From Octopus sinensis (taxonomy: Eukaryota): a DNA stretch of 64,000 nt. This document shows positions 1 through 11,776 of this stretch, piece by piece. The stretch is from the NCBI RefSeq assembly GCF_006345805.1, contig NC_042998.1, forward strand, positions 146,692,001-146,756,000, read 5' to 3'. Below the pieces are notes generated by a model. The model made no database searches. It was not told the origin of the DNA and saw only the letters and a list, made by a program, of their open reading frames with translations. The first letter of the stretch is position 1. Each line of letters begins with the position of its first letter. Position numbers and translations under genes: made by a program.

Positions 1-257
1 CTGTGAATGTGTCTATGTGTTTGTTTACATAAAATTTCCACTTCACATCTTCAAAGATGTGTGAAATAAGAGATCCCTTATTTGAAAAAACAGCAGAGAA
101 TTAGCAACAGCAAGGATATCCAGTTATAAAACAATGCTTCAATAATATATTCATTTAACCCACGCTATATGGAAAATGGATATAAAATGATTGAATGAAT
201 GAACAAGCTTTTTGATATAATTATAAATTGACATAGAGAATGGATGAAGATATACTC

Positions 258-625
258 TTTTACTTGTTTCAGTCATTTGACTGCGGCCATGCTGGAGCAC
301 TGCCTTTAGTCGAGCAAATTGACCCTAGGACTTATTCTTTGTAAGCCTAGTACTTATTCTATCAGTCTCTTTTGCCAAACCACTAAGTTACAGGGACGTA
401 AACACACCAGCAACGGTTGTCAAGCGATGGGGACAAACACAGACACAAACACACATATACGACGGGCTTCTTTCAGTTTCCGTTAACCAAATCCACTCAC
501 AAGGCTTTGGTCGACCCGAGGCTATAGGAGAAGACACTTGCCCAAGGTGCCACGCAGTGGGACTGAACCTGGAACCATGTAGTTGGTAAGCAAGCTACTT
601 ACCACGCAGCCACTCCTGCGCCTAT
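258..625 (-). mobile_element. tRNA-derived SINE, near full length (abundant family)
   Basis: The minus-strand head GGCGCAGGAGTGGCTGCGTGGTAAG...GGTTCAGTCCC carries pol III A/B-box-like motifs and the tail reads ...ATGACTGAAACAAGTAAAAGAG. Many diverged copies occur in the window (about 11265-11430, 12690-12840, 14310-14450, 21210-21420, 21620-21760, 32285-32530, 46700-46980). Confidence 0.8.
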
Positions 626-2319
626 ATTCACAATTATCCATAAATAGTTCTGAAAAGTTATAAAATGAATTTTTCTTGATTTGATTTAGTGATTGCAAAA
701 GATGAACTTGATAAATATGATGATTTATGTCTTAGAAATAATTTCATTTCAGAGACAAGCAACACATTTTAAAAGTATCGTAGAAAAAGATGTAATAAGT
801 AGCTGCGACCTCCAAATATTGCTAGTATTTTATATAAAATGAAATTATGATAAATCTACCATTGGGAAGATTTGAACTAAAAAATACCATGTGTAAATGT
901 AGATACCAAAATTATTCAGTCTCATGAAATAGAAAAGCATACCAATAAGCATCATAGATTATACAGGAAAAATATTTTTTAGTGTTTTTCTTCTTTTAAC
1001 TCTTAAAAAGCAAATATCATCAATTGAAGTTTCAAAAATTTTACATGGATACTACTACCACCAAATGAAAGCAAATATTTTACAGCACTTTTCAATAATG
1101 AGATTGTAAATTTTCTTGTGCATGAGATTAATAATTATTATAGTTTAACACTTATTTAAAGTGAAAATAAGTATAAAAATACCAGTAAAAAGAGCTATTC
1201 TTTTGCTTTTTGCCTTTTTGGCACACACATCCATGCAACCCTTTCCTACCATTTAAGGGTTAATAAACACTTTAAAACAACAAGATTTAAATGAATAAAA
1301 AAAAAACAAAGAGAAAAGAAAAAAAAACTAGATGATTTGTATTTCTAGAAGGAACAGAAGAAAAGAAATGTGCTTTTGATTTAATCTGTTATTTGAAAAT
1401 GAAAAAACGAAGAACAAAAAAGGTTATTATTTTCCAGAATGTCATTCAATTACAAATCTGAGTCATGTATTGTAGCTCCCTTCCTAAGTAAAAGGATAAT
1501 AAGTCTTGCAATGTTGCTACTTAAAGCCTAAACTAATGAAACAAAGAAGCTATCCCTGATAATCTTCCTTTCAGTGAAGCAGTTATTGCATGCAATGTTA
1601 GCAGATCAAAGAGTATTGTTGGTAAATATCTGGAGGAGTAGCTTTTAACAAATGAACAATGACTGCAACTGGAGAGAATTCTTAAACAAAACAGACTCAG
1701 CCACAATGGAGATGTTGCACATAATTGCTATGACAAAGTACAAGCTGCTGGAAATGGGACTTACTTATGGGACTTTGATATATTATCAATAAATTAAAAA
1801 TCTGGAGGATGTGGTGGGGAGGAAACATGATGAACATTTTGATATTTTTCTTTGATTATTCAACATTTATTACACTAATGTAGGCTTATGTAGTGTATAA
1901 TATATAATATATAATCAGCAACATGGCCAAGACACTGAAGCTTGTTATTCTCAAAAAGTTCAGTTCACCTAGCTCTAAGTAGTTGTCATGGTGTAGGAAC
2001 AGTTCATCACTGTAATAGCAGCACTGTAAATTTGACAAGTATTTTATTAGCTTGTAATGGTAGCTGGAATTCTGGAGGACACAGTTTGAAGAGGTTATAA
2101 CTCCACCAAACTGACTAGCAGTACACTTTGTAAAGTTTTCAGTAATGATCCAATGATGTTTAAAATTAACCATTCCTCACAAGTCACTTAATAGTGTGCG
2201 TGCGTGTGTGCCTGTATGTAGGCATGTATATATACACACATACATTTATGCACCTATGTATGCATTCTCTTGTATTTATACATACGTATATGCATGTGTT
2301 TGGGAATGCATATACATAT

Positions 2320-2748
2320 ACGTAAGTTCTGTCTGAATTTTGAATAAAGGAAACAAGTGATCAAATGTTATATTTAATTGAAATTTAATCATCAATGCAC
2401 TTTCCCTGATTATCTGTGACTTCCTTCCATATATTTACAAGCTTTTTAATCCCATCAATGTAAAATTCTTTTGGTTTCAAAGCGAAGAACTCTGAAATGT
2501 CAGTTTCGACCTCCTCCTGGCTTGCAAAAGTTATGTCCCCCAAATGATTCAGTAAACTATGAAACAAATGGTAGTCTGAAGGGGCAAGGTCAGGAGAATA
2601 AGGTGGATGAAGAATTTTTTCCCAATCAAGCTCTTCGATCTTCTGTGATGTGATCTTTGCAGTGTGGGGTTGCACATAGTCCTGATGAAACATCACTCCT
2701 TTTCGATTCACTAAAGTGGGTCTTTTCTATTCCCTTAATTTCACTTAC
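2320..2748 (-). mobile_element. mariner (DD34D) transposase 3' fragment
   Basis: ORF 2385-2711 contains FHQDYVQPH...HPPYSPDLAPSDYHLF, the mariner C-terminal catalytic motifs. The 5' part is missing. Confidence 0.85.
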
Positions 2749-2932
2749 AAGGTTTGGGTTGATGAAAGGATATGCGATAAGACATTCAAGATGCAATGCA
2801 TTGGGATTGAACCTGTGATCTCCTGCTTGCAAAGTGAATTCCCCTTTTCAAAGACACACACATGCATAGGCACGAGCATAGCCGTGTGATTAAGAAGCTC
2901 ACTTTGCAACAACATGGGTTCGGGTTCAACCC

Positions 2933-3245
2933 CATCATCATCATCATTTAACGTCCGTTTTCCATGCTAGCATGGGTTGGACGGTTCAAGTAGGGTCTGG
3001 GAAGCCAGACGGCTGCGCCAGGCCCAGTCTGATCTGGCAGTGTTTCAACAGCTGGATGCCCTTCCTAACGCCAACCACTCTGTGAGTGTAGTGGGTGCTT
3101 TTTACGTGCCACCTGCACAGGTGCCAGACGAGGCTGGCAAACGGCCATGATCAGATGGTGCCTTTTACGTGCCACCGGCACAGGGGCCAGACGTAGCTGG
3201 CAACAGCCACAATCGGATAGTGCTTTTTTACGTGCCACCAGCAGG
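2933..3245 (-). mobile_element. 3' tail of the RTE-type LINE family
   Basis: (GAT)n tail, CATGCTAGCATGGAAAACGGACGTTAAA motif and GTGGCACGTAAAAAGCAC repeat units shared with the coding copy at 28790-30398. Confidence 0.8.
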
Positions 3246-3264
3246 GAGAATTCACAAAAAAACA

Positions 3265-4745
3265 AAAGATGAAGACAGGTGGTATTGACAACAAACAGAT
3301 GTATTAGTTTAATGCTCGGGAGGTGAAAAAGTCTTTAACGTTTCAAGCCTACGCTCATCCACAGAAAGGAACACTGGAAGAAACAAGGAGAGAAAATAAA
3401 GAATGTGTAGTGGCTAGTGATCTATCATGGCGAATGCCGGACAGAAGGGTCACACAGAAAAGATAGGGAGAAGGGGAGATAATAAAGTAGTGGTGATACC
3501 AAAACAAATGTGCATGTGCACGTGTATAAGAGAGTTTGTATGTGCATGTGGAAGAGGACTGGTGATCTTGACGTGTGCGTGTGTGTATGTGTAGATGTGA
3601 AAATGTGGGTCTGGGAAGTGGTCAGTGCTGGCGTGTGTGGTGGTGTGTTGTGATGTGATGTGTTGTGTGGTATGGTGGTGTGTGGTGTGTGGTGTGGTGT
3701 GAAGTAGGAGTCAGAGCAAGAGAGGAGAGGTGGGTGGGAGGAAGTAGGTGTGAGGGGGAGAGAGGCGAGGGGAGGAGAGTTGAGCCCATGTGGTGCAAAG
3801 GAGCGAAGAGATAAGATTAATCCCTGTTTACGGTGCAAACAGGAGTCCAGATGGCCCCTGTGCAAGGACAATCCAAACACGGACAGGTGTTGCAAAGAGT
3901 GACCGATAGAGTAGAAATGGCATGAGACTGGGTTGTCACTGCCGAGTCGGATGTCTCAGAGGTGTTCCGCAAACTGGTCAGCCAAGCGGTGTCCCGTTTG
4001 CCCGATGAGAAGGGCAGAGAGAGCAGTAGATGATATTGGTAAAAGTGCAGGGGAAGAAGTTGGTGATGTGATAGGGTCGATGATGGGTGCCGGTGAGGAA
4101 GGTGGTGTTGGAGAGGTAAGGGCAAGTGTGGCAGCATAGGCGGGAGCAGGGGAACGAGCCAGGTTGGGAGGTTGGGTTAGGGAAGAAGCTGTGGACCAAG
4201 AGGTTTCATAGGTTGTGAGCTCGTTTGAAGGAGGGGAGGGGTCACTTAGGGAAGATGTACGAAGTGGAGGGGTTGGACTGGAGTCACCGGAAGGCTTGGA
4301 GAATGGTGCATTGGGGAGGTAGGGTGGTGGGTGGTAGGTGAGGGGAAATGGGAGGCGGGAGATGGCGGGGCAGGTTCGGGGGGAGAGAGCAGATGCATGG
4401 TCCATGGAACATGCTCTGGCAAGGACAGTGTGGATAGTGGTGAGGGGATATCCACATAGGATGAAGTGGCGAGCCATGAGTTGAGACTGAGTCTCAAAGT
4501 CATGGTCATCACTACAAAGCCTGTGTAGACAGAGGAATTGGTAATAGGAGATGGAAAGCTTGGTGTGTTTAGGGTGGGAGGAAGAGAAGTTGAGGTATGA
4601 GTATGAGTCTGTGTGTTTGTAGTGGATGGAGGTGGTGAGAGTGGAATGACGAATGCTGACCGAAATGTCAAGAAAGGAGACAGAGGTGTGAGAGATAGTG
4701 CAGGAGAAGTGGAGGGCAGTGCTTCAGCATGGTCACCTTCCAATG
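3265..4745 (-). mobile_element. Penelope-like retroelement (Neptune-type), 5'-truncated and frameshifted
   Basis: Split across frames: an RT-thumb-like segment ending ...MARHFILCGYP, a Cys linker GSFPCSRLCCHTCPYL, and GIY-YIG remnants NIIYCSLC / LIGQTGHRLADQFAEHL. A hammerhead-like motif lies near the 3' end. Confidence 0.8.
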
Positions 4746-4817
4746 ACTGAAACAAGTAAAAGATAGAAGATGATGCACACACACACATACAGAAATATAG
4801 AGAATTTAGAAACTTAC

Positions 4818-4919
4818 CAAGAACAATTCTGTTCACTGAACCTGAGGCACATGATTGGTAATATTTTGCGGTCCAAACAACTCCAACGATTAGCCAAGCC
4901 AACTCTACTAGTAGAATGA
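4818..4919 (-). CDS. DAGLA: Diacylglycerol lipase (alpha-like) next coding exon
   Basis: The minus strand reads ttttcttttcatacAG|TC ATT CTA ... GTT CTT G|GTAAGT. It joins the previous exon in phase (T|TC = Phe) to give YIRLFILLVELAWLIVGVVWTAKYYQSCASGSVNRIVLG, similar to vertebrate DAGLA YVRLAILVIEFIYAIVGIVWLTQYYTSC...VTLG. Length 102 bp. Confidence 0.9.
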
Positions 4920-4967
4920 CTGTATGAAAAGAAAATTAAATACTAATTTAGTAAAATCACAAAAATA

Positions 4968-5193
4968 CAGTAATTCCTCAACTATCACAGGTGTTACATT
5001 CCAAAACCCCTGTGAAATGTGAAAATCTGCCAAGTAGAAACCGTACTGTACTGTATATATATATATTTTTTTAATTTTTATGATTTGTATATATTTATTT
5101 TATTATAAATGCAAGACAACACCATGGAGGAATCAATGTAAACTTAAATAACAGACTTCGATAGGTGAACTGTGATATGTTGAGAGATTACTG
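4968..5193. mobile_element. Tigger/pogo-like MITE
   Basis: TA|CAGTAATTCCTCAACTATCACAG ... CTGTGATATGTTGAGAGATTACTG|TA, i.e. imperfect TIRs with a TA target duplication. Confidence 0.7.
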
Positions 5194-5660
5194 TAGTGGA
5201 AAATAAATATTTGTAAATGTTTAAATTATCATGGGTTGCCAGTAATTGTTTAAATCATTATGGGTTGTCAGATAAATTCATTATTTCACCCCTCCCTTTC
5301 CCATTTCTTAATATCCTTTCCTATGTTATTTGAATTAATACAAAAGATACTTTTATTATAGTGTTTTATGTCATTTTGTAGCTCTATTCTTCCTCTACAA
5401 TGTTTGTAAATCATTTTTGAAATTTGAAGTTTTGATGAAAAACAAGGATTAAAAAAAAAAATGAACAAAGTTATCTGACAACTGGAGATCTTTCACATAT
5501 ATATTTATAGGAATATATACATTTAATCACATACTTGTACTACATACAAAGGCAAAAAGTAAATTAGTAAATAAATCCTTTCAAGGATGATCTTGTCATT
5601 TTCATTTATGAATATTCCAGTAGTTCAAAATGGTTGAGTGTTCTTTAAACACAAACACCA

Positions 5661-5867
5661 TTAACCTTTAGCATGCAGATTATTCTATCAAATGCAATGA
5701 CTTTTCATTAACATTGTTTTTAATTAATCATGCATTATTTTGCAGATTCAAAATTTTGATGATGTGATTGTATATTTTTAGAATAGCATTGGAGGGTATG
5801 AGTGACAGGATGGATCTGGTTAGCATATTTGGACCAGATATGGCCTGTTTAAATGCTAAAGGGTCAA
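5661..5867. mobile_element. piggyBac-like MITE (degenerate)
   Basis: TTAA-CCTTTAGCAT ... ATGCTAAAGGG-TCAA termini. A similar TTAA-bounded element lies at about 53752-53972. Confidence 0.5.
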
Positions 5868-6499
5868 TGTAATCTTCAGGCAGAATTAACAAGATTTTGT
5901 AATGTGATAGGGCTGGTTATTTGAAATAAAGAAATGTTGAAGTCCATCCAATGGACTTCAACATAGTTTCTGTCTTGCTGATTTTATTCACAAGGCTTGA
6001 ATCAATCTGAGGTTATGGCAGAAAGTGCATGCCTAAGGTGCTCTGCAGTGGACAAAACCAAGGACCTCTCAAGTACAAAACGAAAGTGTTAACCATTCAT
6101 GCATGTCAGTACATAGATACATACACGTATGTACACTTATACACACATATGAACACTCATACATATATATGTACATTCACATACGCTTAAATATGGATGC
6201 TCCTCTGTCAATTTCAATGATGAAGATTCAGTTTTCAATCAACTGATTTTCTTGCACACTGAATTAGCATGTAAGCGGTCATGTATTCCATAGACAAATG
6301 TATTCTTGACATCATTCTGAAACAAAATCAACATGATACTGGGTACGACAATGCTGAACCTTTGAATTTCAGGTATAATCTATAGGTTAGGTATGGCTGA
6401 ATGATTACGAGATGTGCCTCACAACCATGAGGTCTTGGATTTGATGACACTGCATGGCATTCTTTAATAAACTGATTTGTGCTAGAAACAACAGCAAAA

Positions 6500-7541
6500 C
6501 TTCCCTTGAATTGTTCATCATTTCCTCTGAAAATATTTACAATTCATTGTTTTTAAATTAAAAAGGAAAATTCTGCCATCAGAATGCTGGAATTTGTCAC
6601 TGGAATCCAGGTCATCATCAACAATAATCCCAGCAAATTGATGTGTGCCACTACACATGAGAAAGGTGTGGATGAAAAGCTCATAAGGATACTGGTGCAT
6701 GAGGACATTTGCTATTTTTCATACAATATGAAAAAATGATGAAGGGATAATTTCTGCCCAAGGCAATGCAGGAAAGCAACCAAAAAGTTGATTAACAAGT
6801 TGAAACACTTGCTGGATCCAGACATGCTGTGGTTCTTTTCTGACAAGAAGAATTTCTGCCAAGACCAGATAATCAACTCCCAGAACAACAGGTGGCTTGC
6901 TGTCTCACCCAAGGACGTCCCAGAGCCATGCAGATGAAATTTCCAGTAATGATCATAGTCTTTATTGTCATCAGCAGTGAAGGCAACATCATGCCACCCC
7001 ACCTCTTCCCTGAAAGTCTCATGCTGAATACCGACAGCTACATCTATGCTGTGAGTGAAGTGGTGAAACCCTGGATAGACCAGGTAGCTGCAGGGAGGCC
7101 ATATGCATGGCAGCAAGACTCTGATGCTTTGCTACACCAGCTGGAAGCCCCAGGCTTGGTTGTTGGGGAATTTCTTCAATCACAGAGCACTTGATATTTG
7201 TCCTCCCAACTTGCCTGACTGCAACTCCCACAACTTCTTTGTGTGGGGCATGGTGGAATGAGAGACCAATAAATCCAGCTGCAACATGAAGGATGAGCTG
7301 AGGGCCAGGATTATCAGGGCCTTCAAGAGCCTGAAATGGAAGATTGTGACAAAGGCTTGTGGCTGGTTCTGAGGTTGCTTGGAGGCTGTCATCAAGGCCA
7401 AAGGTGGGTTTATTGAGTGAGATCAACAGAATATGTCATGAAGATAAATTGATCCAAATTTAACAAATATATCTAAAAAAAAAGTCTTTCATTTTTTCCT
7501 GAGATAGACATCATGCAAATGAATACTGTCCACACCCTGTA
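6500..7541 (+). mobile_element. Tc1/mariner superfamily transposon remnant, maT (DD37D)-like
   Basis: Fragments WFFSDKKNF, VISSEGNIMPPHLF, VVKPWIDQVAAGRPYAWQQDS and CPPNLPDCNSHNFFVWG, with a 3' terminus ...CACACCCTG|TA. Multiple frameshifts. Confidence 0.7.
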
Positions 7542-10500
7542 TATACTTAAGATAAAATTCTCTCCAGCATTTGTTTGAATTCAGAAATGTATTTCCTGTC
7601 TAAAATTGCTAACATCTTAGATTTTCCAGATCTAATTTTAGGAATTGAGGGATGAAAATGTTTTAACTCTTCTCACAGCTGTAATGCCTATTTTTTTGGT
7701 GAATAACAATTAAGTTGTCCATCATAAATAATCTAATCTGAATATTTATTTTCCTTTACTTTTTCTATTAAACTATGATTAGTCTCCTATCCTCTTTTTA
7801 AATGGTTTAGGGAAAGAAAGGTAGCACTCTTGAATCCTTTATCAAAGCCTTCTAAGACTGGTGGGATGAAAGTAAAAAGAAGTTATCCCCAGATTAAAGA
7901 CCAGGCCTGAAAGCTTACAACAGAACAGACTGCTAAAAGTAACCAAGGGCCAAGGCTCTAAGGAAATAGTGAAAGCATTTTTTAGCAATTTACATCACAA
8001 TTATTTTATTTTGTGAAGCTAACAATAATACAAACTCATGTAATTATATGCAATATACTTGTAGATTCAGTTAATAACCAGTACTTTCCCATTGTACCCT
8101 CATGTGTTTCATTACCCCTATTGTACTCATTTTCATTATTTACTTTGGAACTTTATCATTATGCCAATTTCTATTCATTTTCATATGTATATTTATTATT
8201 TTACTCTCCTCTCATTAATGTTGTATTTTTTTCTCCTTATCCCCTGGAGTAGAGGAATCATATAAACTATTAGCAAGACAGCTCTTCATTAGAAAGTAAT
8301 GATGCTAGCTAAAGATAAACAGAAACACATTAGGGAGTATTCTTTAAACCTCTGAAAGGTAAGCAGCTTGGCCTACTTCCTAAGTGAAGTATTAAATAAA
8401 AATGCTTTAAACTTGGCCTTTGACGTGCTATATGAACATGAAAATAGAACATTGCACATACACTTTAATGAATTAGAAGACAATGTCCTGAACATTCACT
8501 TATAGCTACTATTTCAATCTACTTGGTTTTCATCAATTTGATATGGTTAAGAATCTAAAGTCTAGTAAACACTGAATTAAATTAAAAGAATCCAGATAAG
8601 TAAGGTATATACTGAAGGCTTAATAATTTATAATTAGTTGTGTGAGGAGGGGGAACAAAAGAGGGAACCCCCTCCCCCGGAAGGGAAAAAATGGGGAGGG
8701 AGAAGGGAGAGAGAGATGAGGAGTGAGGGAACTAGGAGGAGGGATGATAGGGGAAGGAAGAATAGAGAGAAAGGGAGGGAAGAAGAAGATGAAGGGGAGG
8801 GAGGCAAGGTGATTGTAGTAAACTGAATTTGAGGTTAACATACAGGCTGAAATGTTATTTAGAATAATTCAAGCATCAGTTTTCATTGGGACCTGAAAAT
8901 ATTGCTAGTTAAAGAAATAGATAATTAAAAGAAACAATCCTGATGACTTTGTCTCTTACTGTATTTTGAAACTGAAATGTATTTTGAATTAAAAAAGTAG
9001 AATATTCAGGAGTTCCTAAGCAAGAAGTGTGTTCAAAATCACATGAATGTATTTGACTTCAGTGATAGGGCAAAAGTATTAGTACAAGGATTAGTTGAAT
9101 GGAAAATTTGAGTGAGGATAATGGAAACCAAAAGAGGTAAAAGTGTAATGTAAATGCACCCTAATTCCTAAAAAGCTTTTAAAGTCAGTGTTTAGTTTTG
9201 GTTTCATGATATGAAGGAAATAAAAAATGTTTTCCAGTCTATTTCAGATTACACTCTCATATTACCTGGTATCTATTCACGACAGTTAAATGAAGTAAGC
9301 AATGAAGAATTGTGCCCAACGAAGCCCATGTAGTTGATTTGAACATATGACTATCTCTTCAGCCATAATGTGTATACTAGCAAGCTGCATTAGGGAGTAG
9401 CAATAAATCCATCACAGTCATGACAGTTTACCAGGTATAGTCACTGAAACCATCAAGTTTTACTTAGTTAAATGATAGGGTAGAAATGTGGTATTGCCTA
9501 TGTGGAACAATTGCACAAACTTCAAAGTGACAAATCAAGTGTTACAACAAATCAAGTGTTAAAACTAGTTAAGAAAATTAATGTTAATACTAAATATAGA
9601 GTTGATTTAGACATGATAAGTTTAGAGTGTAGTGGTTTATAAGAACACTGATGCAATATATTTCTATTAATGCAACTGCTCTGTAGTTGACATTAGTGCA
9701 AGACAAGCAAATGGCCTTTATGACTGTTTGCATGAAGAAGGTTTTTGACAGAGCAAATAGCTATCAATGTCTACACGAAAGGTGCAAATGGATAGATCCC
9801 TGGTAAATTAATGTGGAATTAGAACTTTAAATGTAATAGATGTACAAAAGTAGTGAGAAGTAGGAGTATCCATGAGTTGTTCAGATGTAATATATAGTTT
9901 CTTTTGTGATATAAGTAGTGGAGGTAATTTTGATGAAGGCATAAGAAAGGGATAAAAATTTATGAAATTTTTAGTGACAGAAGGGTTGTTTCTCTCTTTG
10001 TGAAAAAGCAGATTATGTAGGCATGTATTATAAATATCATGCTGCCTGGTTGTGAGACACTGGCACTGAAAGTGAAAGATTTGTGCGAGTGGAAGAAAAA
10101 AGAGGTATGTTGGATGTATAATAACCAACTTGTACGGAAAACAGACCATAAATGAACTGAAAATGTAATTGGACATTAAAGGTATTAGCTGGTGTATGAA
10201 GGAGTAGCTACACTAGTTTTGCCATGTGATATAACCAGATATTGAATACTAGGTGAAAAAGTGACAATGGAATGTACTGCTAAATGTAATGGAGTGATTG
10301 TTGTGTAGGAGTGCTAGTGTAAGGTACAAAAATGTCAATTTATGATGTCAAACTCGTTTTTTTTTCTCCTTCAGTTTCTCTGTAATTTGTTTCTCTTTAG
10401 ATCTTCCCTTTGCTTTTTGCCTCACTCTAATTCTTTCTGTTTGCATGTCTGTTGCTCTTTCACAACACACACACACTTTTCCCACTCACCTGTCTTAGAT

Positions 10501-11608
10501 GACATAAAATATATATTCAAACAGTGTAGTCCTTATTAAAATTCATCATTTGAAAACCATATCATATAGAAATAGTAGTATGTAGTTTCAAACACCATGG
10601 AGGTAGAAAATAATTTATTGTTTCCATTTAAATTGGTTAATATTATAAAATATTCAGCTACTATTCTTTATGAATCTCAATTAAGTTTAATGTTTAACAT
10701 ACACAATTATGATGATGATGATGATGATGTCCACTTTTGTATGGGTCTGCTATGGTCAGACATATTCTCACAGAATATTGGAAATGAATGATATTGTTTG
10801 TGTGACAGTGATACTCATATACAAGTATCACATGATGTTAAGACAAGGAGACACACACACACTCAGAGGAAGATGTGGGACAAAGTGATGAGAAAAGATC
10901 TTTGGATGCTGGGCCTCACTGAGGAAATGACAAGGGACTGGGAGTTGTGGTGATTTACTGTCCTTGAGAAGATGTGTCAAGGTAAGAAAATCTTTGTCAT
11001 CCATACATACAGGCTTGTCTTTTACAGGTGCTGGTGCCACATAAAATGCACTCATGCTGGTGCTGCATAAATGCACACATGCTGGTGGCATGTAAAAAGT
11101 ATCCAACACAGTCTGTAAAGTGGTTGGCATTAGGAAGGGCTTCCAGCCATAGAAACCATACCACAACAGACAATTGTAGTCTAGATGGCTCCCCAATTGG
11201 CTAGCTCCTGCCAAACCATCCAACCTATGCCAGAATGGACATTAAACAATGATGATGATGATACATAATGGGCTTCTTTCAGTTTCATCTACCATATCCA
11301 CTCACAAGGCTTTGGTCAACCTGTGGCTATATTAGAAGACATTTGTCCATTTGTGCAATACAGTGGGACTGAACCCAAAGCTACATGATTGGGAGGCAAG
11401 CTTCTCAACCACACAGTTACTCCTGCACCTATAAAATGAATGTAAAATTAAAATGATGATGGTGGTGGTGATGACAACACAGAAAGTAATGATAATGGTA
11501 ATGACAACAGTGATAATGGTGAAGATAATACTGAGTATGATGATGACAATGACTGTGATGTTATGTTAGACTACTTGCCACGTGATCATCAGTATCAACT
11601 TTAATACA

Positions 11609-11776
11609 CATTATTTACATTTGACGGATATTTGTCCTCATCTTGTTTGTTGTTAACACAATGTTTCGGCTGATATACCCTCCAGCCGAAACATGTTAAC
11701 AACAAACAAGGTAAGGACAAATATCCGTCAAATGTAAATAATGTACATAATTCCTTGTCTCTTAAATATAGACCTG
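11609..11776. mobile_element. Short palindromic insertion with a 12-bp target-site duplication
   Basis: Inverted repeat 11608-11744 (ACATTATTTACATTTGACGGATATTTGTCCT... / ...AGGACAAATATCCGTCAAATGTAAATAATGT), flanked by AACTTTAATACA at 11597-11608 and 11777-11788. Confidence 0.75.

Noticed and set aside
258-625. tRNA gene
   Set aside because: Only A/B-box-like heads of SINEs are present, and no complete cloverleaf is evident.
4246-4902. 218-aa ORF as a single gene
   Set aside because: It is the DAGL exon read through its GTAAGT donor into SINE and off-frame Penelope sequence.
8640-8812. Purine-rich, G-tract segment as a regulatory G-quadruplex
   Set aside because: Low-complexity GA-rich sequence of a kind common in this window, with no independent support.
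9230-10330. Ancient LINE RT remnant
   Set aside because: Only a faint KKVFDR-like motif is visible, too decayed to classify by eye.
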